Shown piece by piece: positions 27,011 to 35,837 of a DNA stretch of 64,000 nt. The stretch comes from Bacillota bacterium (lineage in GTDB: Bacteria; Bacillota; DTU025; MWDF01). The stretch spans positions 116,031 to 180,030 of the forward strand of contig JAKQNF010000016.1 in NCBI GenBank assembly GCA_029565935.1, written 5' to 3'. The notes below the pieces were generated by a model. It saw only the letters and a list, made by a program, of their open reading frames with translations. It was not told where the DNA came from and did not search any database. Both the position numbers and the translations under genes were made by a program. How positions within the stretch are numbered: position 1 is the first letter of the stretch; every line of letters starts with the position of its first letter.

Positions 27011-27931
27011 ATGGATAGGAAGGCGGTCATAGACATAGGTACGAACTCGATCAAGTTCATCCTGGCCGACATGGGCAAGGATGGGCAGTTCGAGGCCGTG
27101 ATGGACAAGAACAACATAGCGAGGCTCGGTGAGGGCCTAAAGGAGACGGGGATGCTTGCGGCCGATGCCATGAGCCGCAACTGCGAGTCCGTGAAGCAGT
27201 TCGCCGACATCGCGCGGACCGAGGGGGCGAATGAGATCCTGGCGGTCGGCACGATGGCCCTGAGGAGCGCGAAGAACTCCGCCGAATTCATAAGGATGGT
27301 AAAAAGTGCCACCGGGCTCGAGGTTAAGGTGCTTCCCGGAGAGGAGGAGGCCAGGTACTCATACCTCGCAGTGGTGTCCGGAATAGGCTTGGGCAAAGGC
27401 AGGATAGCCATCGTCGACACCGGGGGCGGCAGCACCGAATTCGTGTTCGGAGAGGGCGACGCGCTCGGCAAGAGGTTCAGCCTGGACCTCGGGGCGGTAA
27501 GGATAACAGAGGAGATGCTAAGGTCGGATCCCGTAAAAAAGGCGGAGGTCGACCTTGCGTACAAGTACATACTTAGGTTCCTTTCGGAGAACGGCATCCA
27601 TACGAAAGTGGACAGGCTCGTCGGCATGGGCGGAGGCATCACCAGCATGGGCGCCGTAATGTTCAAGATGGCCGAATACGATCCAGACAAGATACAAGGG
27701 TGCATCCTGAGCCTCGATGAGGTAGAAAGGCAGATAGGCCTATATTCCGCGAACACGGTCGAGCAGAGGAAACTAATTGTGGGGCTGCAGCCCAAGAGGG
27801 CGGACGTCATACTGGCCAGCGCCTTGATAGTGAAGGCGATAATGGGCAAACTGGGAGTCCAAGCCCTTACCGTCAGCGACAGGGGGCTGAGGCACGGACT
27901 CCTATACCATCTTGGAAGGACTAGAAGATAG
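27011..27931 (+). CDS. Ppx/GppA-family phosphatase (exopolyphosphatase / pppGpp phosphohydrolase)
   Basis: ASKHA-fold motifs AVIDIGTNSIKF and IVDTGGGSTEF. Confidence 0.9.
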   Translation: MDRKAVIDIGTNSIKFILADMGKDGQFEAVMDKNNIARLGEGLKETGMLAADAMSRNCESVKQFADIARTEGANEILAVGTMALRSAKNSAEFIRMVKSATGLEVKVLPGEEEARYSYLAVVSGIGLGKGRIAIVDTGGGSTEFVFGEGDALGKRFSLDLGAVRITEEMLRSDPVKKAEVDLAYKYILRFLSENGIHTKVDRLVGMGGGITSMGAVMFKMAEYDPDKIQGCILSLDEVERQIGLYSANTVEQRKLIVGLQPKRADVILASALIVKAIMGKLGVQALTVSDRGLRHGLLYHLGRTRR

Positions 27932-27966
27932 GCGCGAAGACCTTTATTGCGAAGGAGGGTTCTGGG

Positions 27967-28932
27967 ATGAGACACAGGAAAATCGCCGTCCTTCTGGCGT
28001 TCGTCCTGATTTCGGCCTCCCTTGCCCTGGGGGTGAGGGCGGCGAGCTTCCCTGAGAAGCCTATCAGGATAGTGAATTACGTAGCGCCCGGCGGCGTCAT
28101 GGACATCACCACGAGGAAGTTCGTCGACATCGCTTCAAAGTACACGAAGGCCGTATTCGTAGTGGAGAACAAGCCGGGCGCCGGCGGGCTGACGGGGATG
28201 GAATATGTGATAGAGGCACCGAACGACGGCTATACGGTGTTCGCTGCGACGAGCTCGAACATAATCACGGTGGTATCCACACAGGCAAACCAGGATAGGT
28301 ACGTCTGGAACTTCCAGTGGATATCGATGCTGATGAGAGACCCTGAGTGCGTCATCACGTCGGTCAACAACCCAATCAACACCTGGCCCGATATAGTAAG
28401 CGACGCCGTCGCCAAGAAGGGAAGCCAGATCTGGGTCGGCCCGTCGACGGGCGGCAACGACCACCTCGTGGCGCTAAAGCTCTGGGACAAGGCGGGGATA
28501 AAGGCGAAATGGGTGCCGTTCGAAAGCGGTCCTGCGGCCATGGCGGCGCTGATGGGAGGGGTCGGGGTGGCCTACGTGGGTAATCCCGCGGACATAACAG
28601 GAAGGCCCGACCTAAAGATAGCGGCCGTCTGCGCCCCCCAGAGGCTGAAGCAATTCCCTGACGTGCCGACCTTCAAGGAGCTTGGCATAACCGGCGTCGA
28701 GGACGAGATCATGTGGAGGGGCTTCGCAGTAGAGAAAGGCACACCGAAAGAGGCCATAGAATGGCTCCAGAACCTGGTGGACAAGGTGTACGCGGACCCC
28801 GAATGGATCAAGTTCTTCGATGAGCAGGCCATAGAGGTGACGAACTACAGGGAGGAACGCTTCACCCAGATCATCAAGATGAACATAGCCGACTCTACGG
28901 CCTACCTGAAGGCGGAAGGCCTGATCAAGTAA
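27967..28932 (+). CDS. tctC: Tripartite tricarboxylate transporter substrate-binding protein (TctC/Bug family)
   Basis: Signal peptide present. PIRIVNYVAPGGVMDITTR and ENKPGAGG are typical Bug-family motifs. Confidence 0.9.
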   Translation: MRHRKIAVLLAFVLISASLALGVRAASFPEKPIRIVNYVAPGGVMDITTRKFVDIASKYTKAVFVVENKPGAGGLTGMEYVIEAPNDGYTVFAATSSNIITVVSTQANQDRYVWNFQWISMLMRDPECVITSVNNPINTWPDIVSDAVAKKGSQIWVGPSTGGNDHLVALKLWDKAGIKAKWVPFESGPAAMAALMGGVGVAYVGNPADITGRPDLKIAAVCAPQRLKQFPDVPTFKELGITGVEDEIMWRGFAVEKGTPKEAIEWLQNLVDKVYADPEWIKFFDEQAIEVTNYREERFTQIIKMNIADSTAYLKAEGLIK

Positions 28933-28944
28933 GGGAATACGGGA

Positions 28945-28972
28945 CAGGGCGCGCGGTATACACCGCGCCCTG
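28945..28972 (+). other. GC-rich intercistronic hairpin after tctC
   Basis: CAGGGCGCG (28945-28953) pairs with CGCGCCCTG (28964-28972). No T-tract follows. Confidence 0.45.
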
Positions 28973-28995
28973 CCGTTGGTCTTGGAGGCGATGGC

Positions 28996-29562
28996 ATGTC
29001 AATCGCTTACTTCGCGAAGGGCGCGGGCCTTGCGATCATGCTGGCTGCGTTCGCCATGGCCGTAGGCCTTGCATACATCGTAGCGTCACGGACCGCGAAA
29101 AGAAGGATGGCGGGCCTTGTGGCCTTGGGTGCCTCCTTCATCTCGCTCGGGGCGTTCGTGCTGGTGCTTAGCGCAAACCTTGAGACGTCCGTGTTCAACG
29201 GCAACGAGGCCGCCATGATACCGAGGCTCTGGGCCGGGATCCTTATACCCGCTTCCGTCCTGATGATCTACAGGGCCCTTACAGGAGCGGAGGAGGAACC
29301 GGAACCGGCCGGGAGGACCGACAAGGTGCTGGCGGTGCTGGCGGCTTTAACCATAAGCGTAGCCTTGATGGACTACCTCGGCTATTTCATCTGTTCCGCG
29401 GCCTTCATCCTCATCTGCATGTACATGCTCGGCTATAGGAAGTTCCCCGTGATGCTGCTCATATCCGGCTCATGGGTCGCCTTCTCTTATTTCGTCTTCT
29501 ACAGGCTGTTGTACGTCGGATTGCCCCTTGGCAGCATCATCAAGGCCGTGTTCGGCATCTAG
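28996..29562 (+). CDS. tctB: Tripartite tricarboxylate transporter small membrane subunit (TctB)
   Basis: 188-aa four-helix membrane protein located between tctC and tctA. Confidence 0.75.
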   Translation: MSIAYFAKGAGLAIMLAAFAMAVGLAYIVASRTAKRRMAGLVALGASFISLGAFVLVLSANLETSVFNGNEAAMIPRLWAGILIPASVLMIYRALTGAEEEPEPAGRTDKVLAVLAALTISVALMDYLGYFICSAAFILICMYMLGYRKFPVMLLISGSWVAFSYFVFYRLLYVGLPLGSIIKAVFGI

Positions 29563-29580
29563 GCCGGGTGGGGAGGGATA

Positions 29581-31074
29581 GTGCCAATGGTCCTCACGAA
29601 CCTTTTCGATGGATTGGTCAGGATAATGAACCTCCAGTCGATACTGGTGATGACGGTCGGCGTGATAGTCGGGATCCTGGCGGGCGCGATGCCCGGGATA
29701 TCCCCCTCGATGGGAGTGGCCCTGATGGTCCCGTTCACGTTCAAGATGGACCCGTCCAACGCCTTGATATTCCTCGTGGCGATATATATCGCCGCCAACT
29801 ACGGCGGAGCCATAACGGCCGTGACCATAAACACGCCGGGGACACCGTCCGCGGCGGTCACGAGCTTCGACGGTTATCCTATGTGCAAGCAGGGCAGGGC
29901 GGGATGGGGCCTGGGCATGTCGCTGGTCGCTTCCGTCGTAGGCGGGATATTCAGCGTCATCATTTTGATCGCTTTCGCCGGACCTTTGGCCAAAGTTGCG
30001 CTCAAGTTCTGGCCGCAGGAGTACTTCTCTCTCGCGGTGCTCGGACTTTCGGCCACTGCGAGCCTCGGCGGCAAGGATTGGCTCAAGGTGCTCGTGTCGA
30101 CTTTGATCGGACTTCTGCTCTGCACCGTCGGGATGGATCCGATACTGGGAGTGAAGAGGTTCAACTTCAACTACATACCCCTGTATGACGGCTTCACCTT
30201 CATACCTGCTCTCATCGGGCTGCTTGCGATAAGCGAGGTCCTAAGCGAGATATCCGAGTTCAACTTCGTTACACAAAACGTCGCCGCCGCATTGAAGACC
30301 AGCTGGCCTGGCATAAAGGACTACTGGAAAGTAAGATGGACCATGCTTCGCGCATCGGTGATAGGCACCATAGTCGGAATATTCCCCGGAGCCGGCGCGA
30401 CGATAGCGGCATTCATCTCATATGACATAGAAAGGCGTATAAGCAGGACGCCGGAGAAGTTCGGGACAGGAATACCGGAGGGTGTGTGCGCGGGCGAGGC
30501 GGCTGACAGCGCCTCGGTGGGAGGCGCCCTGGTTCCGATGCTTACTCTAGGGATTCCAGGTAGCGCTACGACCGCGGTCCTCATAGGCGCGCTCATGATA
30601 CACGACCTGCAACCAGGCCCGGAGCTTTTCACGAAGCATCCTGAGGTCGTCTTCAACCTGTACAGCTCGATGTTCGTTGCGAACATCATAATGCTCGTAG
30701 TAGGGACGTGGGGCAGTAGGATATGGGTGAACGTGACCAGGGTGAGGAAGGAGATTCTGTTCCCGTTCATATTCAGCTTCGCTTTGATCGGCAGCTACGC
30801 GGTGCGCTCGTCGATGGTCGACGTCGCGATCTGCATAGGGTTCGGCATCCTGGGCTGGATATTGAGGAGGTTCAGGATCCCTTTGCCCCCGATGGTGCTG
30901 GGCATGGTGCTTGGGACTATGGCCGAGGTGAACCTGAGGAGGGCCGTGATGATAGGCGGGACCTGGGCCGTGTTCCAACGCCCCATTAGCCTTACGCTGC
31001 TGATATTGTCGGCCCTTTCGTTCGGGCTGCCGATATACGGAGAGATAAAGAGAAGGAAGAAGAAGGCCGCCTGA
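29581..31074 (+). CDS. tctA: Tripartite tricarboxylate transporter large permease (TctA)
   Basis: ~497-aa polytopic protein. GILAGAMPGISPSMGVALMVPFTF and GIFPGAGATIAAF are TctA-type repeats. Confidence 0.9.
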   Translation: MPMVLTNLFDGLVRIMNLQSILVMTVGVIVGILAGAMPGISPSMGVALMVPFTFKMDPSNALIFLVAIYIAANYGGAITAVTINTPGTPSAAVTSFDGYPMCKQGRAGWGLGMSLVASVVGGIFSVIILIAFAGPLAKVALKFWPQEYFSLAVLGLSATASLGGKDWLKVLVSTLIGLLLCTVGMDPILGVKRFNFNYIPLYDGFTFIPALIGLLAISEVLSEISEFNFVTQNVAAALKTSWPGIKDYWKVRWTMLRASVIGTIVGIFPGAGATIAAFISYDIERRISRTPEKFGTGIPEGVCAGEAADSASVGGALVPMLTLGIPGSATTAVLIGALMIHDLQPGPELFTKHPEVVFNLYSSMFVANIIMLVVGTWGSRIWVNVTRVRKEILFPFIFSFALIGSYAVRSSMVDVAICIGFGILGWILRRFRIPLPPMVLGMVLGTMAEVNLRRAVMIGGTWAVFQRPISLTLLILSALSFGLPIYGEIKRRKKKAA

Positions 31075-31146
31075 GACGTTATATTAGTGAGCCATGACAG
31101 GACCGGCGCTTGAAGGCCGGTGTAGATACCGACAACGGAGGTGATC

Positions 31147-31467
31147 ATGATGGCTGAAGATGACGACAGGAAGGAAGCGACGTGCCTGACGTCAGAGAGA
31201 TGCTGCTCGAATACCTGCGGGTACTTCGCCCTTGGATTGGGGCTAGGCCTTGCTGCGGGTGCGCTTGCCGGCATAATGCTGGCTCCCAAACCCGGCAGCC
31301 AGACGCGCGCCGATATCGCAGAGGCGGCGAAAAAGGCTGCACAGAAGGCTAGATCCAAGGTAGAGGAGCTCTTAAAGAAAGAAGAGGGCGAACAAGTACC
31401 CAAAGCGGCCGAACAAGAGAACCAAGAGGAAGCAGCAGAGATCCCACCCATCCCGGAAGGGGTGTGA
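31147..31467 (+). CDS. YtxH-domain protein
   Basis: GLAAGALAGIMLAPKPGSQTRADI is a YtxH hallmark, followed by a charged helical tail. Confidence 0.75.
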   Translation: MMAEDDDRKEATCLTSERCCSNTCGYFALGLGLGLAAGALAGIMLAPKPGSQTRADIAEAAKKAAQKARSKVEELLKKEEGEQVPKAAEQENQEEAAEIPPIPEGV

Positions 31468-31919
31468 AAATGGACATAACCCTAGACGGTTTCCTTCGCA
31501 CGCTATTGCTCATCCTGGCTGGCGTGGCAGTGGCTTTCCTAGCCATGCTGATATGGCACCTGATAGGCCTGATCAGGAGGATCAACGGCATTGTGGACTC
31601 TAATAGGACGAACGTTGATGATTCCCTTCGCGCGCTTCCCGGGGCGATCAAGAGCGCAGAAGAGGCGATGACTAGCATAAAAACCGTGGCCGACGGCGCC
31701 GAAGGCGTGATCGGCGGCATAAAGGGCGTCACCGACAAGGCCGGGAACATGATGGGCAACGTAGACAGGCTCGTCAGCGGCGCGGCCCAAAGGGCTGGCG
31801 GAACGGCCGGCAACATCATCGAGATAGCCCGGACGGTGGTCGAAGTGGTCAATTACGTTAAGGGGCTGTTCAAGAAGAAGGACGACAAGAAAGAGGACTC
31901 CGGAGCAGAAGGGGAATGA
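31464..31919 (+). CDS. DUF948-like membrane-anchored coiled-coil protein
   Basis: One N-terminal TM helix followed by a helical region. It overlaps the upstream YtxH gene by 4 nt, which is the common ytxG/ytxH-type pairing. Confidence 0.55.
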   Translation: MKMDITLDGFLRTLLLILAGVAVAFLAMLIWHLIGLIRRINGIVDSNRTNVDDSLRALPGAIKSAEEAMTSIKTVADGAEGVIGGIKGVTDKAGNMMGNVDRLVSGAAQRAGGTAGNIIEIARTVVEVVNYVKGLFKKKDDKKEDSGAEGE

Positions 31920-31969
31920 CTAACGGGAACTGACTTCGATACCTGAGACGAAGGGGAGGTAAGGCAGTC

Positions 31970-32010
31970 GGGCATGTCCTGGGATTGCGCGAAGGACATG
32001 CCCTTCTTCA
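31970..32010 (+). terminator. Intrinsic terminator
   Basis: GGGCATGTCC (31970-31979) pairs with GGACATGCCC (31994-32003), followed by TTCTTCATT. Confidence 0.6.
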
Positions 32011-32138
32011 TTCAGGAGCGTAATAGTGGAACATTAATCCAGGAAAACTCCGCCAACTGTACGATTATGACGACGGAAGCGTCGCATGCTGTACGAGCCG
32101 ATCCGACCGGCATTTTATTTCTTACAAGTACCGCCTGA

Positions 32139-32147
32139 TGGTATCAT
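32139..32147 (+). promoter_or_regulatory. Candidate extended -10 (TGgTATCAT) for selC
   Basis: TGnTATCAT sits 36 nt upstream of the tRNA-Sec 5' end. The -35 is weak. Confidence 0.3.
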
Positions 32148-32182
32148 GTGGATAGGAAGATAAGCTCATATAGAGCCGACTT

Positions 32183-32277
32183 GGGGGTGGATGGGTCCCG
32201 GTGGGTCCCTCGGTCTTCAAAACCGGTGGCGGGCACTTTGTGTCCGCGGTGGGTTCGATTCCCACACACTCCCGCCA
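32183..32277 (+). tRNA. selC: tRNA-Sec (anticodon UCA)
   Basis: Hand-folded. The acceptor arm is 8 positions (7 bp plus 1 mismatch). The D-stem is 6 bp (GGGTCC/GGGTCC with G-U pairs) with a 4-nt loop. The anticodon loop is CTTCAAA with TCA at 32217-32219. There is a long ~8-bp variable arm and a 5-bp T-stem with loop TTCGATT. The 3' end is G-CCA. The 8/5 geometry and 6-bp D-stem are tRNA-Sec hallmarks. Confidence 0.9.
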
Positions 32278-32288
32278 TAGAATAGCGA

Positions 32289-32325
32289 CCTCCGGCACTT
32301 CAAGGCCGGAGGCCGCATCTTTTCC
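32289..32325. terminator. Hairpin shared by selC and the convergent lipoprotein gene
   Basis: CCTCCGGC-ACTTCAAG-GCCGGAGG followed by CCGCATCTTTTCC. Confidence 0.6.
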
Positions 32326-32329
32326 GGGC

Positions 32330-33028
32330 CTAGAACGCCCAGCTGGCTTCCAGCTCCGTACCTGGCCAGTACGAGACCGAAACCCTCCTGAGGAAGAAAC
32401 CGTGGGGTGCAGAGTAGTCGAATGAGCCATGTATTCCGGGATACCAGTACTCGGCCCTGTTGGCAGGCTTGATGAGCATTCTCGCGCCCAGGATCGTTCC
32501 ATTCATGCGGACGGTGAAGTAATCGCCCCGCTTCGATATCTCGACCGTGTTGATAGAATCGTTGACCATCCCCGGCGGCTCGGCGTTCTCGTTGAAATAG
32601 TCCCAGTCCGAGCCCTGCCAGACGGAGTACTCGGGGCCCGTGTACATAGGGGAGGCCGATGTGGACGAAGTGGAGTAGTTGTGTATGCTCAGCCCGAAGA
32701 ACCTTGCCACGCTGACCGTTTCTTGCCATTTATCGTCTACTAGCAGGAAATTCATCCACTCTATCGGATCCGTGCCGTAGCTAACGTAGAACTCGAACTT
32801 GCATGTAAAATTACCGCTGAAACCATAAGGTGCGGTGAGCCTGTAGTCGGCCATCCAAAAACCTTGGTCCGTGAACGAGCTTGAGATGCCCTCTGCGTAC
32901 CATGCGCCCTGCTCGTTGGCAAAATCGCCCTCATCTACGAAATCGAATGAATACCGGGCCAGACACCCCGAAAGAGAGGCCACCACCACAATAAGCACCA
33001 GGACGGACGGTAACCTTGCCCTGCGCAT
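32330..33028 (-). CDS. Lipoprotein of unknown function; paralog of 8596..9213
   Basis: Lipobox ASLSGC, with the shared sequence blocks described for 8596..9213. Confidence 0.7.
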   Translation of the reverse strand: MRRARLPSVLVLIVVVASLSGCLARYSFDFVDEGDFANEQGAWYAEGISSSFTDQGFWMADYRLTAPYGFSGNFTCKFEFYVSYGTDPIEWMNFLLVDDKWQETVSVARFFGLSIHNYSTSSTSASPMYTGPEYSVWQGSDWDYFNENAEPPGMVNDSINTVEISKRGDYFTVRMNGTILGARMLIKPANRAEYWYPGIHGSFDYSAPHGFFLRRVSVSYWPGTELEASWAF

Positions 33029-33181
33029 TTACATCCCCCCAAACCGGAAGAAGTAGTGGGCGGCTTCAATGGACCGCCATCGTTAACATTATTCATAGGA
33101 TGCAAATTTCCTTTAATGAAACGTAATCGGCGGGATCATTGCCCGTAGACGGCGCTACCATGCGGTGCGAGCCAGGTCCTC

Positions 33182-33895
33182 CTAAGCCAGCGCCGGCAAT
33201 CCAAGTCGGGCGGAACGTATGCCGAAGAAATCGGAAATAGTCTTCTTCATCAGAGTGTGACCGCCTGCGTTAGGATGGATTCCGTCTAGGCATATGGCGT
33301 CTTCGTAGTTCTTCTGCATGAGGAACCTCTCCCTAATGTCGATCAAAGGTGCTCCTATCTCCGAGGCGAGTTTCATGACGGCGAGGCTGTAAAGCTCCTG
33401 CCACCTGTATATCCTGCTCAGATCGCCCAAGAAACGCATGACGTTCTCCTTGGATATGCCGTCCTTCGTTACCCAGTCGAAGAATTTGTCCGGAGCGAGC
33501 GGGGGCAGGGTGAAGAATATGGGGGCCATCCCGTTCGAGGCCGCCATGCGCACGATATCGGCCATGGCGTCCTTGAATACCGGCACCGGTATACGCGGAC
33601 TGTGATCCGAATCGGGATCCGCGCCAACTTCCGCCCAGTTGAAGTCGCAATCGTTGCCGCCCAGCTCGATCAGCAGCGAATCCGCCTTGAGGCCTTCTCT
33701 GATGGCATCTTCCAGGCGGGCCCTTGCCTCCACCGATGTCTGGCCCATCCTGGCGAGGTTGTGCACCCGCATGCCCAGCCCTCTCGTGAGGGAGGTCACG
33801 GCACCGTCCCTTAGGACCGAGTACCTTCCCCTATCCTCGTCATAGACCACGCCCAGTATCACTGAATCGCCCAGTACACAGACTTCTTCCGGCAT
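33182..33895 (-). CDS. SGNH/GDSL-family hydrolase
   Basis: Block I VLGDSV, block III ELGGNDC, block V DGIHPN. The ATG at 33895 (MPEEVCVLGDS) follows GGAGGG. The track start at 33976 adds 27 unlikely residues. Confidence 0.8.
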   Translation of the reverse strand: MPEEVCVLGDSVILGVVYDEDRGRYSVLRDGAVTSLTRGLGMRVHNLARMGQTSVEARARLEDAIREGLKADSLLIELGGNDCDFNWAEVGADPDSDHSPRIPVPVFKDAMADIVRMAASNGMAPIFFTLPPLAPDKFFDWVTKDGISKENVMRFLGDLSRIYRWQELYSLAVMKLASEIGAPLIDIRERFLMQKNYEDAICLDGIHPNAGGHTLMKKTISDFFGIRSARLGLPALA

Positions 33896-34037
33896 ATCCA
33901 CAGCACCCTCCGGCCCATCCGGGACACGTAATCTAGTTATTGATACTAGATTATGACGGAACGTGCACCATGTCAAGCGAACGATACTGTTTTTACACGA
34001 GGTGCGCCTCGTGATAGATTAATATAAAGAAGATCCC

Positions 34038-34664
34038 ATGGAGGTAGTGGCCATGCAGGAATGCCGAGATAAAGTGACCCAGTGGCTTATGAGGCTCGAG
34101 AGCGCTGGTGCACCGGGCTGGGAAGAGCTGCCCGGCATCGAGCTGTACATGGACCAGGTGCTGACAATGCTGGAAAGGCAGTCATCCAGTTACAGGGCCA
34201 AGGACGATGCCAAGTCGCTTACCGCATCCATGGTCAACAACTACGTCAAGGACGGGACCATACAAAGGCCCGTGAAGAAGAAGTACAACAAGGACCACAT
34301 CGCCAATCTCATCATGCTCGATACGGCAAAGCAGGTCCTGCCCATACTGGATATCTCGAAGCTGCTGAACGCAAGAGGGACCGAGATCTCCACGGAGGAG
34401 AAGTACAGGGTGTACCTCAAGCTGCAGAAGGAAGCGTGCACATCGGTGGCGGAGAAGATGCGCGAGGCCATGGACAACATGGGGGACCAGTGTGACAGCA
34501 CCCAGCTTTTCATGCTTGCGTCGAAGCTGGCGCTCGAGGCGAACATGATGGTGTCGGCATCGAAGATGCTCATAAGGGAGATACTGACCGAGCCCGAGGC
34601 GAAGCCCGAGGGCAAGAAGGCGACCGCCAAGAAAGCCGTGAGGGCGAAGGCGGAGAAGAAATGA
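34038..34664 (+). CDS. DUF1836-family protein with a Lys/Ala-rich basic tail
   Basis: ELYMDQVLTMLE...MVNNYVKDGTIQRPVKKKYNKDHIANLIML matches my recollection of the DUF1836 core. The C-terminal tail is EAKPEGKKATAKKAVRAKAEKK. Confidence 0.6.
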   Translation: MEVVAMQECRDKVTQWLMRLESAGAPGWEELPGIELYMDQVLTMLERQSSSYRAKDDAKSLTASMVNNYVKDGTIQRPVKKKYNKDHIANLIMLDTAKQVLPILDISKLLNARGTEISTEEKYRVYLKLQKEACTSVAEKMREAMDNMGDQCDSTQLFMLASKLALEANMMVSASKMLIREILTEPEAKPEGKKATAKKAVRAKAEKK

Positions 34665-34705
34665 CTGGGGGTGCGTGAGCACAAAACCAGGAAGGAGGAG
34701 TGCCC

Positions 34706-35764
34706 ATGAGTGAGACAACGGCCGGCAAGAGGCTGACAGCTATATCGTCGAAGGCGGGCTGAGCGGCCAAGATGGGTCCGGCGGACCTTCATAGGATAAT
34801 GAGCCACATGCCGCCACAGCAGGCCGAAGACCTCCTGGTGGGCACGGCCACGTACGACGACGCGGCAGTGTACAGCATCGGCAAGGACACCGCGATCGTC
34901 CAGACCGTGGACTTCTTCACGCCGATAGTGGACGATCCGTACGATTTCGGGGCGATAGCGGCGTCCAACGCCCTGTCCGACATATACGCCATGGGAGCGA
35001 GGCCGATAATGGCGCTGAACATAGCTTGCTTCCCGAAGGGCTTAGGCGAGGACTTGCTCGGGGAGATAGTAAGGGGTGGCGCCGACAAGGTCAACGAGGC
35101 AGGGGCGGTCGTAGCGGGCGGGCATACCGTAGAGGACGATGACTTGAAATTCGGCCTTTCCGTGACAGGTTTAGTGGACAAGTCCAGGATAACGGCGAAC
35201 TCCAGCGCTAGACCCGGGGACATGCTCGTGCTTACCAAGGCGGTAGGCACCGGCGTCATATCGACAGCGATAAAGAACGAACAATGCCCGGAAGAGTCCG
35301 CAAAAGCGGCGAGGCTTTCCATGCTCGCTCTGAACAGGGCAGCATCGGAGGCCATGGTCGAAGCGGGTGCGAAAGCCGCCACGGACATCACCGGCTTCGG
35401 CTTCTTCGGCCACCTGTTCGAGATGGCCGAGGCCTCCGGTACCTCGGCGGAAACCTGGCTTGAGAACGTGCCGTTGCTGCCTGGTGCGGCAAGGCTAGCC
35501 GAGGAGGGTTTCCTTCCAGGAGGCGCAGCCAGGAACCGCTCTTGGTTGGGCGAGAAAGTCGAGGTCGACCCGGACGTCCCGTTGCCTGTGGCGTCTCTCA
35601 TGTTCGATCCTCAGACATCGGGCGGATTGCTGATAGCAATCCCTGAGGAGGCCCTTGAAGGGCTACTGGAAGGCCTAAGGGCAAGAGGATGCATGCACAG
35701 CGTGGTCGGAAGGATGGGACAGCGCGGCGGGCGCTTGATAAGGGCGAGGTTCAAGAGGCCGTAG
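34706..35764 (+). CDS. selD: Selenide, water dikinase SelD, itself a selenoprotein (in-frame UGA = Sec at codon 19)
   Basis: ATG 34706 follows GGAAGGAGGAG. It reads MSETTAGKRLTAISSKAG-TGA(34760-34762)-AAKMGPADL in frame with track ORF 34772..35764. The TGA aligns with Cys17 of the E. coli SelD GAGCGCK loop. Confidence 0.85.
34772..34792 (+). promoter_or_regulatory. Candidate bacterial SECIS hairpin
   Basis: ATG-GGTCC-GGC-GGACC-TT-CAT starts 10 nt after the UGA: a 5-bp apical stem plus 3 more pairs across a UU bulge. Confidence 0.4.
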
Positions 35765-35837
35765 CCATCTACGACAACCGTGCGACCACCCATCAATCCG
35801 CTAGTCTTTGATGTAGAGCACCATGCGAGGTGAGGAT

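Noticed and set aside
26986-27975. Minus-strand 329-aa ORF covering the Ppx/GppA gene
   Set aside because: It is a Ser/Pro/Leu-rich shadow ORF. The plus strand carries unmistakable ASKHA phosphatase motifs.
32122-32729. Minus-strand ORFs 32122..32502 and 32217..32729, and plus ORF 32201..32425, overlapping selC
   Set aside because: They overlap the tRNA-Sec gene and the real lipoprotein frame (32330..33028). They have no independent support.
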